Part shown: positions 1-10,664 of the stretch, one piece after another
How positions within the stretch are numbered: position 1 is the first letter of the stretch
How the letters are laid out: each line of letters opens with the position of its first letter
Assembly: GCA_013416795.1 (NCBI GenBank)
Contig: RQSC01000032.1
Span: 650,377-675,725 of the forward strand
DNA length: 25,349 nt
From: Prasinococcaceae sp. CCMP 1430
Taxonomy: Eukaryota; Plantae; Prasinodermophyta
Reading direction: 5' to 3'
Translations under genes and position numbers: made by a program
The notes under the pieces: model-generated
What the model saw: only the letters and a program-made list of their open reading frames with translations
The model's database searches: none
What the model was told of the DNA's origin: nothing

Positions 1-62
1 CTCCTAAATATCTCAACCCTGAAAATCCGAATACTAATAATCAATAGGACTGGATACGAGGG

Positions 63-113
63 TCTAGGGTCTAGGGTCTAGGGTCTAGGGTCTAGGGTCT
101 AGGGTTTAGGGTT
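63..113 (+). repeat. Telomere-type repeat tract (TCTAGGG)x6 + TTTAGGG + TT, running into a 100-N gap
   Basis: Six exact TCTAGGG units at 63-104, then TTTAGGG at 105-111; preceded by an AT-rich 60 bp unlike the rest of the window. Confidence 0.85.
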
Positions 114-213
114 NNNNNNNNNNNNNNNNNNNNNNNNNNNNNNNNNNNNNNNNNNNNNNNNNNNNNNNNNNNNNNNNNNNNNNNNNNNNNNNNNNNNNNN
201 NNNNNNNNNNNNN
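114..213. other. Assembly gap (100 N); other gaps at 8220-8469, 20806-21136, 22730-23655; single-n placeholders at 666, 3861, 9590, 10523, 12999, 18895
   Basis: N runs read directly from the sequence. Confidence 0.99.
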
Positions 214-214
214 C

Positions 215-2943
215 GCGGCCGGCGGCGCCGAGGGCGAGGGGGGCGCTGGCGCGGCCGCGCTCGGGCCGCTGCTCGGGCCGTACGGCGCCGACCTGATCCT
301 CGTGCACAAGGCGTGCGCCATCTGGTCGCCCGAGGTGTACGAGGACGACAACGGGGAGCTCAAGAACATCGAGAAAGCGGTGCGGCGCGGCAGGCACCTG
401 TACTGCTCGTACTGCGGCGAGAAGGGCGCGACGGTCGGCTGCCGCGTCGAGAAGTGCAAGTGCTCCTACCACGTGCTGTGCGCGTACGAGGCGGACTGCC
501 AGCTGGCCAACTGGCTCGTCAGCTGCCCCGACCACGCGGACGCGGCGCACCAGGCCGCCGTCAAGGAGCGCAGGCGGCAGGAGCGCGAGCGCAAGAAACT
601 CGATCGCAAGCGCAAGCGCGGCTCGGCCGCCGCGGCCGATGCGGCCGCCGCTCGCGCGCGGGCGGNTCGGAGGTCGCGTTCTATGCGCGCAAGGGGGCGG
701 ACTGCCTCGGCAAGTTCCACGGCGACGCCGAGCGAGAGCTGCGCCTGCTCTTCGAGCACGCGAGCCAGCACCAGCCGGCGGTCATCTTCTTCGACGAGTT
801 CGACGGGCTGGCCCCTGCGCGCGGAGGGCGCGGCGATTCGGTGCATAGCAGCGTCGTGAGCACGCTCTTGGCACTCATGGACGGCCTGAAGGACCGTGGG
901 CGCGTGGTGGTGCTTGCGGCCACCAATTGCCCGGACGCGCTGGACGCGGCGCTGCGGCGCCCGGGGCGCTTCGACCGCGAGCTGCTCTTCAGTCTGCCCG
1001 CGCGCGCCGATCGCGCGGCGATCCTGCGCGTGCACACGCGCCGCTGGCCGGAGGCGGCGAGGCCCTCCGCTGCGCTGCTCGCGGCGCTCGCGCGCGCGAC
1101 GGAGGGCTTCAGCGCTGCGGAGCTGGCAGCGCTGTGCGCGTCCGCGGTCGTGGTGGCCGCCACGCGGGCGTTTGGCCCCGTGTCCGACCAGGCAGTCGCG
1201 CTCGGGCGAGCCTGCGGCCCCGCCGAGGGCGAATCGGATGCCGGCGGGGCGGAAGCTGGCGGCGACGCTGGCCAACCCTCGCCCGGAGCGGGTGGTCAGG
1301 CGGCGATCGTCGCAAGGCCGCCTGAGGCCGCGTCGTCCGAGGCCCCCGCGCCCGTGCTCGTGTGGGCCAAGGCCAGCGGCTTTCCGTGGTGGCCCGCCGT
1401 CCGCCTACCGCTCGACTCGCCGAGGCTGCCCGCCGGGGCGCGCGCCGCGCGCAAGCCCGGGTGCGCGCTCGTCGAGTTCATCGACAGGGACCGCTCCTGG
1501 GCGTGGCTGCCGTGCGCCGCCGTGCGGCCCTACGCGCCGGGCGCGGACGAGCACGAGGCGATGGCGGCGCAGGCCTCCAAGTCGATTCTGCTGACCGAAG
1601 CTCTCGAGGGCGCCGCCAAGCAACAGGAAAGGCTCGCCGCAAGGGCGAAGCGCGTCGCCGAGCACGCGGCGGCCGCGGCCGAGGAGCGTCGCCGCTCGGA
1701 GGAGGCATCGCGCGCCAAGGAGAGGCGCACGGCGATGGCGAAGGCTGTCGTCGTGCGCCCGCGCGACTGGGCGGCGTCGCTCGCCTCGGCGCCGCCGCCC
1801 TGCGCGCGGCGAGCGGCCGCGGCGAGCGGCCCGCCGGCGCGCAGGCTTCCGCGGTACCTCGCGCCCGCGCTGGCTGCGCCCACCGCTGCGCTGCTTCGCT
1901 CCATGCTGTCGTGGCGCACAGACCTCGGCCCGATGCTTCCAGACGGTCTGCACGAAGGGGCCGACTTGGCCTACCTTGACGCGCTCGATGCCGTCGATCC
2001 CCCGCTCGGCGCACAGCTCGTGGGGGCGGTCGCGGAGGGCGCCGCGCCGCCGAAGGCAGCCGCAGCCGCGAGCGCTCGGGCGCTGAGCGCCTCCGCGCCG
2101 CGGTACACCAGGGCGGCGGCCCTCGCCGCGGCTGCGCTCATGGCCGACGGCGCGCTGGCGCGGACGGACGGTTGCTGGCGAGCGCTCGTTTGCGGCGATG
2201 GGGACCAGGGCCAGCGCGGCGTGGCCTCTGCGGCGCTGGCCGCGCTGCGCGCCGTGCCGTGCGTGATGGCAGATGCAGCGGCGCGCGCCACCGGGGGGGG
2301 CGCCGGCGGGCTGGTGTCGGCCGCCGCGGAGGCGCGCCGACTCGCGGCGTCGAGCGGCATGGCCGTGCTCTTTCTGCCGGACGTGCACACGTGGGCGACT
2401 GCGCCAGTTGGCACGCCCGACGGCGGTGCCGATGCGGTCGGGGGCGCCGATGGCATGCGAGTGGACGCGCCGGTCCCCGACCTCGCCGGCGCGCCGCTCT
2501 CCCAGGAGTGGCAGCTCCTTGAGCAGCAGCTCGAGGGCGCGTGCGTGGCCGTGCTCGCGACGGCATCGGTGCCTCTGGCGGAGGTGCCGCGCTCGCTGTC
2601 GGCGGCCTTCGGCGGCGGCGGCGATGCAGCCGGTGCCAACGGCGCGTCGAACGGCGCCGCAGCGAGCGGTGCGCGGAGCCGGCGCGCCCTGGTGGGCCTG
2701 GGCGCGCTCGAGCCCGCCGACGCGGCTCGCTGCGTGGACGCTGCTGCCTCGGACGTCGCTGCCGCCCTCTCTGCCGCAGGCGTCGCAGACGAGGCGGCGG
2801 GCGGCTGGCGGGCGAAGCTAGCGGCCGTGGGCACGAGCTCCCCTTCATCGGCGGGGGCGCTCGACGATGCCATTGGCGCCGCGCTGCACGGCACTCTCGG
2901 CCCGCTGCGCGCGTCGCTCGGCCTGCGCGCTCCGCCGTCGTGA
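215..2943 (+). CDS. ATAD2/Yta7-family AAA+ ATPase with N-terminal extended PHD finger and PWWP domain (5' truncated; frame change and missing Walker A at n666)
   Basis: 215-665 frame: VHKACAIWSPEVY...CSYCGEKGATVGC...CSYHVLCA (zf-HC5HC2H-like). 667-2943 frame: ARKGADCLGKFHGDAERELRLLF, Walker B IFFDEFDGLAP, VVSTLLALMDGL, AATN, ALRRPGRFDRE; VWAKASGFPWWPA (PWWP); degenerate second AAA module (RALVCGDGDQGQ, VLFLPDVHTW). Stop TGA 2941-2943. Confidence 0.87.
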
Positions 2944-3309
2944 CGCATGCCGCCCCCCTCCCCGTCCCCGCACCCCACCCCACCCCACACAGACACACAG
3001 ACACCCCGCCCCACCCCGCGCGCGCGCGCGCCGCGCCGCGGCGGCCTGATTGATGTACACGTACCTGTACCTGCCACCCGCCACTTGTGGCCTGTGGCCC
3101 GTCGCCGCGCCGCGCCCGCGCGCGACTTCGCCGCCCCGCTCCGCGCGTTCGCCCCCCGCCCGGACCCCCTCAAAATACATCACCATCAACCGCCCGCGCG
3201 CGCCGACGGCCAAACGACGGAAACTCTTTCAAACCCATTTCGAAGGCGATCCCCGCCAGGCGCGGACGGCCCGCCCCGGCCCGTGGGCGTGTTGCTTGCG
3301 GGGCTTGTG

Positions 3310-3708
3310 ATGCTCTTCGCCGCCGCGGGCGAGATCGATGGCCACCACCTCAATCTGCCAACCACCCAGCAACTCATCGAGGACGCCAAGATCGCCATGG
3401 TCGAGATTGACAACCTGGTGCACGCCGACCCCGCGGTGAAGGACACAGACTCGGACGGCCTCAACGACGCCGAGGAGGTAGCGCTGGGCACCTCGATTGT
3501 GCATGCCGACACAGACTCCGATGGCCTCACCGACTTTGAGGAGGTCACGATCACGCAGACCGATCCGCTCAACCCGGACTCCGACGGAAACGGCACCCTC
3601 GATGGCGACCACCCGCAGGAGCGGGAGAAGGTCGCCAAGTACCGCTTGGAACAGATGACAATTGAGGCCGCCAAGCCCGGCGCGCGGCGACTGCACGCGC
3701 TGCAGTAA
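3310..3708 (+). CDS. Small protein with DxDxDG calcium-binding (bacterial TSP3-like) repeats; true start uncertain
   Basis: DTDSDGLNDAEEVALGT, DTDSDGLTDFEEV, TDPLNPDSDGNGTLDGD. Host-like GC3 codon use; hydrophobic segment (GVLLAGLVMLFAAAG) around ATG 3310; stop TAA 3706-3708. Confidence 0.65.
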   Translation: MLFAAAGEIDGHHLNLPTTQQLIEDAKIAMVEIDNLVHADPAVKDTDSDGLNDAEEVALGTSIVHADTDSDGLTDFEEVTITQTDPLNPDSDGNGTLDGDHPQEREKVAKYRLEQMTIEAAKPGARRLHALQ

Positions 3709-3984
3709 GGGCGCGAGCGGGTGCGCAGGCGCGACTCCCAGCGGTAGATTCGCAGACACACACACGACGCACGCGCATTCGCGCAAGCGCGCGACCGAGC
3801 CAGCGCGTGAGAGAGGGGGGGGTGGCGGGGGGAGCGGGGCGGCATGCCCTCGCCCGGGGGNTGCGACGCCGCCGGCGCCCGCTGCCGCGCGCCGGCGGCG
3901 CCACACGCCACCGCGTGGCGCTGACGCGCGACATCCTCGGCGCCCCGCCCGTCGCCCCTTCCCCTGCCTCTCTGCGCCGTGCAG

Positions 3985-5100
3985 ATCTGGTGAAGAAGCA
4001 CCCGTCCTTCCGCGAGCGCTCGGAGAACACGGAGCTCTCGACCGAGATCTCCCTGCAGCCCTACCACGCGTTCAAGCCCGACGGCGTCATCCTCTTCTCG
4101 GACATCCTCACGCCGCTCACGGGCATGAACATCGGCTTCGACATCGACGAGAAGCTCGGGCCGGTGATCGCGTCGCCCATCCGCACGATGGACCGCGTGA
4201 AGGAGCTGAAGCACCTCGACCCGGACGCGTCGTGCCGCTACGGTGCGCAGCGCGCGCCGCCGGGCGCCCCGTGTGCTGCCCTTCCATCGGCGATCCCCAG
4301 CCGCCGCGTCCCTTGAGCTGCGCCGCGCCGCGCCTGTCCCCTGCCGCGCACGGAGCCGCGTGGAGGGAGCCGGGCGCTGACACGCGCGCGCGCGCGCGCG
4401 TTCTGCCTCCTCAGTGGGCGAGACCCTGCGCATCCTGCGCAACGAGGTGGACCCGGAGACCGCGGTGCTGGGTTTCGTGGGCGCGCCGTTCACGCTGGCC
4501 ACCTACATCGTGGAGGGCGGCAGCTCGCGTGAGTACACCACCATCAAGAACATGATGTTCCAGGAGCCCGAGGTGCTGCACGCGCTCATGTCGTCGCTCG
4601 CGGACTCCATCGCGGACTACGTGCGCTACCAGGCGGACAATGGCGCGCAGGTCGTGCAGATCTTCGACTCGTGGGCGGCCAACCTGACGCCCGCCGACTT
4701 CGAGAAGTTTGCCATGCCCTACATCAAGAAGATCGTGGCGAGCGTCAAGGAAACGCACCCCGACCTGCCGATCACGCTCTACATCTTCGGTGCGGGCGGC
4801 CTGCTTGAGCGCATGGCGGACTTCGGTGGCGACTGCATGGGCATCGATTGGACGGTCGACATGACGGACGCTCGCAAGCGCATCGGCGACGACCTGGCGA
4901 TGCAGGGCAACATGGACCCCTGCGTGCTCTTCACTGACAAGGACACCATCTACAGGCACGTGGACGACATCATCGAAAAGGCGGGCGGCCTGTCGGCCAA
5001 GCACGTGATGAACCTCGGGCACGGCGTCATGCAGAAGACGCCGGAGGAGAACGTGGGCCACTTCTTCGAGGCGTGCAGGACGGCGCACCTTCGGAAGTAA
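3985..5100 (+). CDS. hemE: Uroporphyrinogen decarboxylase; exons 3985-4242 and 4415-5100; 5' exon(s) lost at n3861
   Basis: [72 protein letters not shown]. Intron 4243-4414 is GTGCGC...GCTGAC...CAG and joins CRY|VGETL in frame. Upstream acceptor at 3984 with branch GCTGAC 3920-3925. Confidence 0.96.
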
Positions 5101-5461
5101 GCGCCGGCGCGCGCGCGTGCGGCAGGGGACGGGGGCCGCGAGGTGCTGGCGCGCGTGATGGTGGAGTGGCGAAAGGGGCGGGCGTAATGGGGCGGGGGCG
5201 CATTCGGATTGGGGCGGCGTGGGTCGGGCATGGCGCACAGGGCTTGCGCGAAAGGGCGGCGACGTGCCCGCCGATGTGAATAAGAACGCTTATATTCTGT
5301 GTCAGTCGGTCCGCGCGCGCGCGAGCTGCGCAGCGCGGGCTGCTCGGGCAGTAGCGCGGCGCGGCGGTCTCACAACAACAACAAGTTTCTGCTTTGTTCA
5401 TTACAACGATCTCGTATGGTGTACACACATTGCAGTGAGGATTGTACAGCTCGGAAGGACG

Positions 5462-8219
5462 TCACGGGCGCCACAGAGACACGCTGCCGTCCGCGCCGCC
5501 TGCGGCGAGTATCATGGGCCCTCCTTGGCCGCCGCATCGAACAGCGGCGGTCACAGAGTGCGGCAGGGTCATCGAGCCCCGCGCAACGACCCTGGCGGGC
5601 CCGTCGAAGTCTGAGTGCACGTGCCACGCCCGCACGCGGCCGTCGGTCGTGGCTGAGATCGCCCCCATATCGCCGGCGGGGAGCATCTGCATCGACGCGT
5701 GCGCACCGCGGCCGACGCCCAGCGATGGCGCCACTGTCCTCTGCGACGCGCCCGCGCCCACGCAGTCCATTGACCACAGCCTCGACGCGCCGGTCTCGTC
5801 GGCACTCAGGATGTGCAAGCGGCCGCTGGTGTCGGCGCACGCCGACACGCCAGTGACCGCGCCGCCGTGGCCCACCAGCACCCGATCCTTTGCGCGGCCG
5901 CCGCTGAGGCGAAACGTGCGCACGCTCCAGTCGCCGCCGCCTGCCACCAGCGTGTCTGAGCTCGGCGCGAGGCCGAGCGAAGTGACCGCGCGCGCGCAGG
6001 CGCCGTGCTCGCGCAGCAGGGGCTCGCTCGAGCGCATGTCCCACGCGTGCACGCCCCCGCTCTGCGTTCCGGTGGCCAGCACCATCCCCCCTCCGGCGGA
6101 GGCTGCGCCGGGCGTCGCCAGCCCCCCGGAGAGGGCGACGGCGGTCACTGGGGAGAATGCGTGGGCACTTGGGGGTTGGGCGCCGAGAGTGATGGGCGGC
6201 GCACAGCGCCAGAATCCGGCGACCTTGCCAGGCGGGCACCGCACGTCCCACACGTACACGCTGCCGCTCGAAGTGCCCACGGCCACGAGCGGCGCCCCGC
6301 CGGGGGCCGTCGCTGCGGCCGTGGCCGTCGTGCTGCGCGCCTCGCGCTCGGGCAGCGAGCTCTTCCAGCTCGTGGCGACCTGCCGGCCTCCGGTCGCGTC
6401 CGCGACGAGCACGCCGCCAGACTGGAGCACGCAAGCGACGCGCCCCTCGTCGATGGCGCCCACGTGGAGTGCGCCAGCGCCGCCCGCGATCGCGATCGAA
6501 CTGGTCGTCGCCCCCTCCTCGCCTTGCCCCAGCCGCGTCAGCGCAAGCGTGTCGTCCTCCGCGCAGCTCGCGAGGACGTCACCGGCGGCGCTCAGCCCGC
6601 ACACCGAGCGGACACGCCCCGCGTGGGCCTTGGCCGTCAACAGGCAGGCCGAGCGGTCTTCGAAGAGCTCGCGTTCGTGCGCCGAGATCGCGCCCTCCTC
6701 CGCCTCGGCATGGGTGCCCCAGCCCGCCTCGTCGCCGTCAGGCTCACCGAGAGAGCACGCGTCGCGCCGCAGCTCGTGCGCGTGCTGGATGGCCGCGCGC
6801 ACGCTCGCGCGCTCGGCGTGCGCCAGAAAGCCGAAGTTCCGCAGGTGGCCGACGATGTCCCAGGCCTGGTCCGCGCCCCAGCCCAGCTCCTGGAGGCACG
6901 CGGCGGCGAGGAGGGCGACCTCTTCCTTGGCCTCGCGCCTGCTGAGAAGCACCCGCAACGTGGCATAGGAATTCCAGGGCTCGCGCGCCATGTCGGCGAG
7001 CAGGCTCCTCCTGGCGAGGCCTCGCCCGTCGGCGCGCGTGAGCAGGCGCGCGCAGCACATGGCGCTCCACAGGGTGTCCCACCGCGCGGCGTTTGTGGCG
7101 AGCGCCGCGAGTCCCGAGAGCGCACGGCTGGCCTCGTCCGCCGCCTGGGGGGCCAGGGCGATCTCCTCGCCCGCTTCGGCCACCGACGCCGCCAGCTCCG
7201 CGTCGGCCAGGGCGGCCTCGTCCGTGCGAGCGAGCGCAGCGGCGAGCGACGCCTCCGCCTCGTCGTCCCCGCCCGCAGCTCGCTCGGCGATGAGCCCTGC
7301 AGCTGCGGTCGCGCGAGCCTCGGGGAGGGGAGGGGCGCATGGCGTGAAGTACTCCACGTCGAAAGCGGGCGCGGGCTCCTCGACAATGCTCTCGAGCCCG
7401 GCCGCCTGCTTGTGCGCGCCCTCATCGACGAAGCCGCCCGCTTCGTACGAGAGGAAGGCCTGCGTGTTGTGCAGCTGCTCGAGAAAGGACTCCGCCTTCT
7501 GCTGGTCCTTGCCCTTTCCGGCGGCCTCGAGCGCCTCGGCACGCTCGCCTCCCACGCGGGGCAGCAGCGTCCGCAGCGCGCGCCCGAACACCGCGCGCAT
7601 GGCCGCCTCGGTAGGCGGGCCTGCGCGCGCGGCGCCGTCGCCCCGCGCAACCAGCGCGTCGCCGAGGCCTCGACGCAGGTGGGTGCGCGTGCGCTTCGGC
7701 AGCGGCAGGAGCTCCCCCCTCGGCCACGTCACCTCGGAGGTGTCCAGGTCGACCTCCACGACGCCGTCGACCGCCCCAAGCTGCAGCCCGTCGGCGTCCG
7801 TCGCCGCGGTGTTGATGAGCCCCATGAGGAAGGGCGTGGGCGCCTCCAGCGCGTCCGCCAGGCTCAGCGGCAGCACTGGAATGTAGACGTGCTGCCACAC
7901 GAGCGGAGCGAGCAGCGAGCGCAGCGCCTCCGCCGCCAGCGTCAGCATCGCTGGCCGCCGCGCTCGCAGGAGCACGCGCCGCTCGAGGAGGCACGCCACC
8001 CACGCGCGCTCCAGGCACGAGGCCGACACCTCCATCAGCGCCGCGAGCGGCGCCTGATGGGAGAGCTGCGCGGCCTCGGCCGCGACGTCGGCGGTGAGCC
8101 GCGGCGCGCGCGGCGGCGGTGCGCACGCCACGACGCGCCTGCCGACCCGCAGGATGCGTTGCGGCCGCCGCTTCGTCGACGCGGCCGCGCCGGCGTCGCC
8201 CTCGCCCGCGTCGACGACG
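5462..8219 (-). CDS. DENN-domain + C-terminal WD40 repeat protein (SCD1/DENND3-like architecture); 5' end in gap
   Basis: cDENN core LLERRVLL...LRSLLAPLVWQHVYIPVLP...EAPTPFLMG; dDENN-like FLEQLHNTQAF; WD repeats (AHAGRVRSV, GSVYVWD, GGVHAWD, GHGGAVTGV, DGRVRAWH, DGSVSLWRP). Frame is open to the N gap at 8220. Confidence 0.88.
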
Positions 8220-8708
8220 NNNNNNNNNNNNNNNNNNNNNNNNNNNNNNNNNNNNNNNNNNNNNNNNNNNNNNNNNNNNNNNNNNNNNNNNNNNNNNNNN
8301 NNNNNNNNNNNNNNNNNNNNNNNNNNNNNNNNNNNNNNNNNNNNNNNNNNNNNNNNNNNNNNNNNNNNNNNNNNNNNNNNNNNNNNNNNNNNNNNNNNNN
8401 NNNNNNNNNNNNNNNNNNNNNNNNNNNNNNNNNNNNNNNNNNNNNNNNNNNNNNNNNNNNNNNNNNNNNGCGCCGCGCGGCGCGCCGCGCGTCCGCAGCG
8501 GCACCGACGCAGCGGCGTTCGAAATCGAAATTTCGGGCGGCGCCGGCCGCGATTCTTTCGCGCGAGGGCAGTGCGGTCGATGAGCGGCCCGCACGGGCGA
8601 AACCGCGGAGCGGAGCTTTTCGGCGCGCGCCCCCCGAAAAGCGCAACCGCGCCGAGCCGGAGCGTGCGCGCCCGATACCCACGTCGCGACGCGAGAGTCT
8701 CCCGTGTG

Positions 8709-9257
8709 TCATCTTTTCGATGCTTTACGTGACGCTTCGCATGGCGCCGCGCCCTCCTCCTCCTCCTCGTTCGCCTTCAGCCTCACAGCCTCTCTCTCCG
8801 GCTTCTTCGTCGGCGTGCTGTGGCGGAGCGCCCCCTCCTCTCGCTCGCTCGTGCGCGACGACTCCCTCGCGAGCGCCGGGTGTCCGCGCCCTGGATGCTC
8901 GCGCCGCTGCGAGCGAGGGGCCGCGGCGTCGTCGATGGCACGCTCCTCCGTGTCGTCCATCTAGGTCCACACGAGCGCAGGCCGCCGCACGCGCATGCAT
9001 GCATGCACGGATGGGCGGAGCGCCATGTCACAGGCGGGAGCCTCGTCGTACTCGTCGTGCTCGCCTCGAGATGTCTGCACCCTGGACGCTGCTTCGACCC
9101 CAAACACCGCAACCCGAAGTCTGTCCCCGGACGCACACACGCGGCGACGGCGGCGATGCTGGCCATCCCGCCACAGAGATTGAGAGGTCACTTCCAGTTG
9201 ACTGTGCACATCCCACCGACAACTCCCTCCAGCGCAACTGACGCCATCAGAATGCAT
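8709..9257 (-). CDS. Hypothetical low-complexity protein, possibly two exons (9257-9009, 8960-8709)
   Basis: Two same-frame ORFs could be joined by a 48-nt GT...TAG intron (9008-8961); charged composition; no recognisable domain. Confidence 0.3.
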
Positions 9258-9719
9258 TGCGCATTCGTCGTGATGCGAAATACATCAATTCGAATAGGAA
9301 AATCTCATCCCTTTCGAATTGATCTGCGCGCACGTCACGCTCCTCCGCAAGGCGCGACGTGCTCCGCCATGTCCTTCTTCACACGGACACAATTTACGGA
9401 ACGAGATGAGGATCACTCGCATTCCGAGTTTTTTGGATTGTGTGGGTTGCTTTGGCTTTCATTTGTTTGGCTGCCGGCCGCAGCCGGGATCCGGATCCTC
9501 TCGATCAACGATATCGCGCCTGCGCCCGGGGTGCGCGCGCGGCGGAACCCGGCACCGGGGCCGGCGCCGGCGCCCCGTGCGGCGCCCCCNCGCCCGCCGC
9601 GCGCCGGCGAGGGGGGGCGAGCAGCCCCTGCCGGCCGCGGCGCCGCCCGCCGGCGGGATTTCCCGATTTCGGAGGGCGGTGCGGCGGGCGCGCGGGATTG
9701 CATCGCGCGCAATGCGTGG

Positions 9720-9780
9720 GTGTATGTGTGCATGTGTGTGTGTGCGTGTGTGTGTGCGTGGGTGTGCGCGCGCGCGTGCG
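9720..9780. repeat. (TG)n/(CG)n alternating purine-pyrimidine microsatellite
   Basis: tgtatgtgtgcatgtgtgtgtgtgcgtgtg...gcgcgcgcgcgtgcg, upstream of the ATG at 9831. Confidence 0.9.
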
Positions 9781-9830
9781 GGTGGCACACCTCGCACCCA
9801 GCGCACACACCCACACCCCACACAGTCACC

Positions 9831-9932
9831 ATGGCCGCCATCACCTCCTCCTTCATGGGCGCCGCCGTGCAGGCGAAGGCCGTGCGCAAGGCGCAGGCCT
9901 CGAAGCAGCTCGCCGTGCGCGCCGACATCTAG
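9831..9932 (+). pseudogene. Lhcp: Truncated Lhcp first exon: transit peptide only (MAAITSSFMGAAVQAKAVRKAQASKQLAVRADI*)
   Basis: 9822-9874 is identical to 16645-16697, and 9875-9931 is identical to the complement of 16698-16754. It stops at TAG where the paralog has TAC CCG + donor. No LHC body follows. Confidence 0.8.
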
Positions 9933-10664
9933 CGGCGCGTGTGTGGCGCACCTCGCCGCGCCGGCGCGGGCGCGAGCGCGAGCGCCGTGCGGAATCCATA
10001 TGGCAATATAGATGACACAAGACCTTGCAAATGGATTCCTTTTTAATTGAATTCGTCGGATTTGAAGGATTCCTTTTGGAACCACGTCTTATCGGGAACG
10101 GGTGTCCCACGAGTGACCGCCGCGAGGGCGGCGGCGGGGGCGCGGCGGGGGGCCACACTGCGCCCCCCCCACCTCGCTCGTGTCCCCCCTCCCCGCCTCT
10201 GCTGCGGCTGCGGGGGGGGAGAGGTGCCGTGCGTGTGCGTGTCGCGCGCGCGGGCGCGAATCACCACATTTCAATTCCGTCGTTTACCTGTTCACGCCCT
10301 ACATTTCACGTGCCTTCATTCCGTTGCGTGAGGGTTCTGTCGCGGGGACTCCGCGAAAACCCCCGCGGCCGGCCCGGCGCGCCCCCCCCCTCCCGCGCGG
10401 CCGAGGCGGGGGGCGCGCGGCGCGATACCATATTTAAGGTTGAGGCCTTCGAAGGGAGGGTCTACGCGACACGTCGAAACGCACCCGCGCGCGCGCGCGC
10501 GCGCGCGCGCGGATGCGCGGCGNCTCACACACCAGCACCATCGCCGTCGCTGTGGGCGCATGTATAAACAATTAGTGTGACATTGACTACGCGTACTGCA
10601 CGCAGCGGTGCGCGCCACGCAAGGATGCGACCGACCCAAAAGACGCTGCTACAGGAGCATGCCG

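Noticed and set aside
6005-9241. Very long ORFs antisense or out of frame to real genes (6005-9241+, 5442-6968+, 18902-21430+, most of 18150-20699-, 5' part of 10608-12536+, 1971-3173-)
   Set aside because: Shadow ORFs expected at this GC content; Arg/Ala/Pro-rich, without motifs, overlapping well-supported genes, and some cross N gaps.
9930-9932. TA at the Lhcp breakpoint resembling ciliate IES excision scars
   Set aside because: The other junctions lack TA, and the missing pieces are essential coding sequence rather than eliminated spacers.
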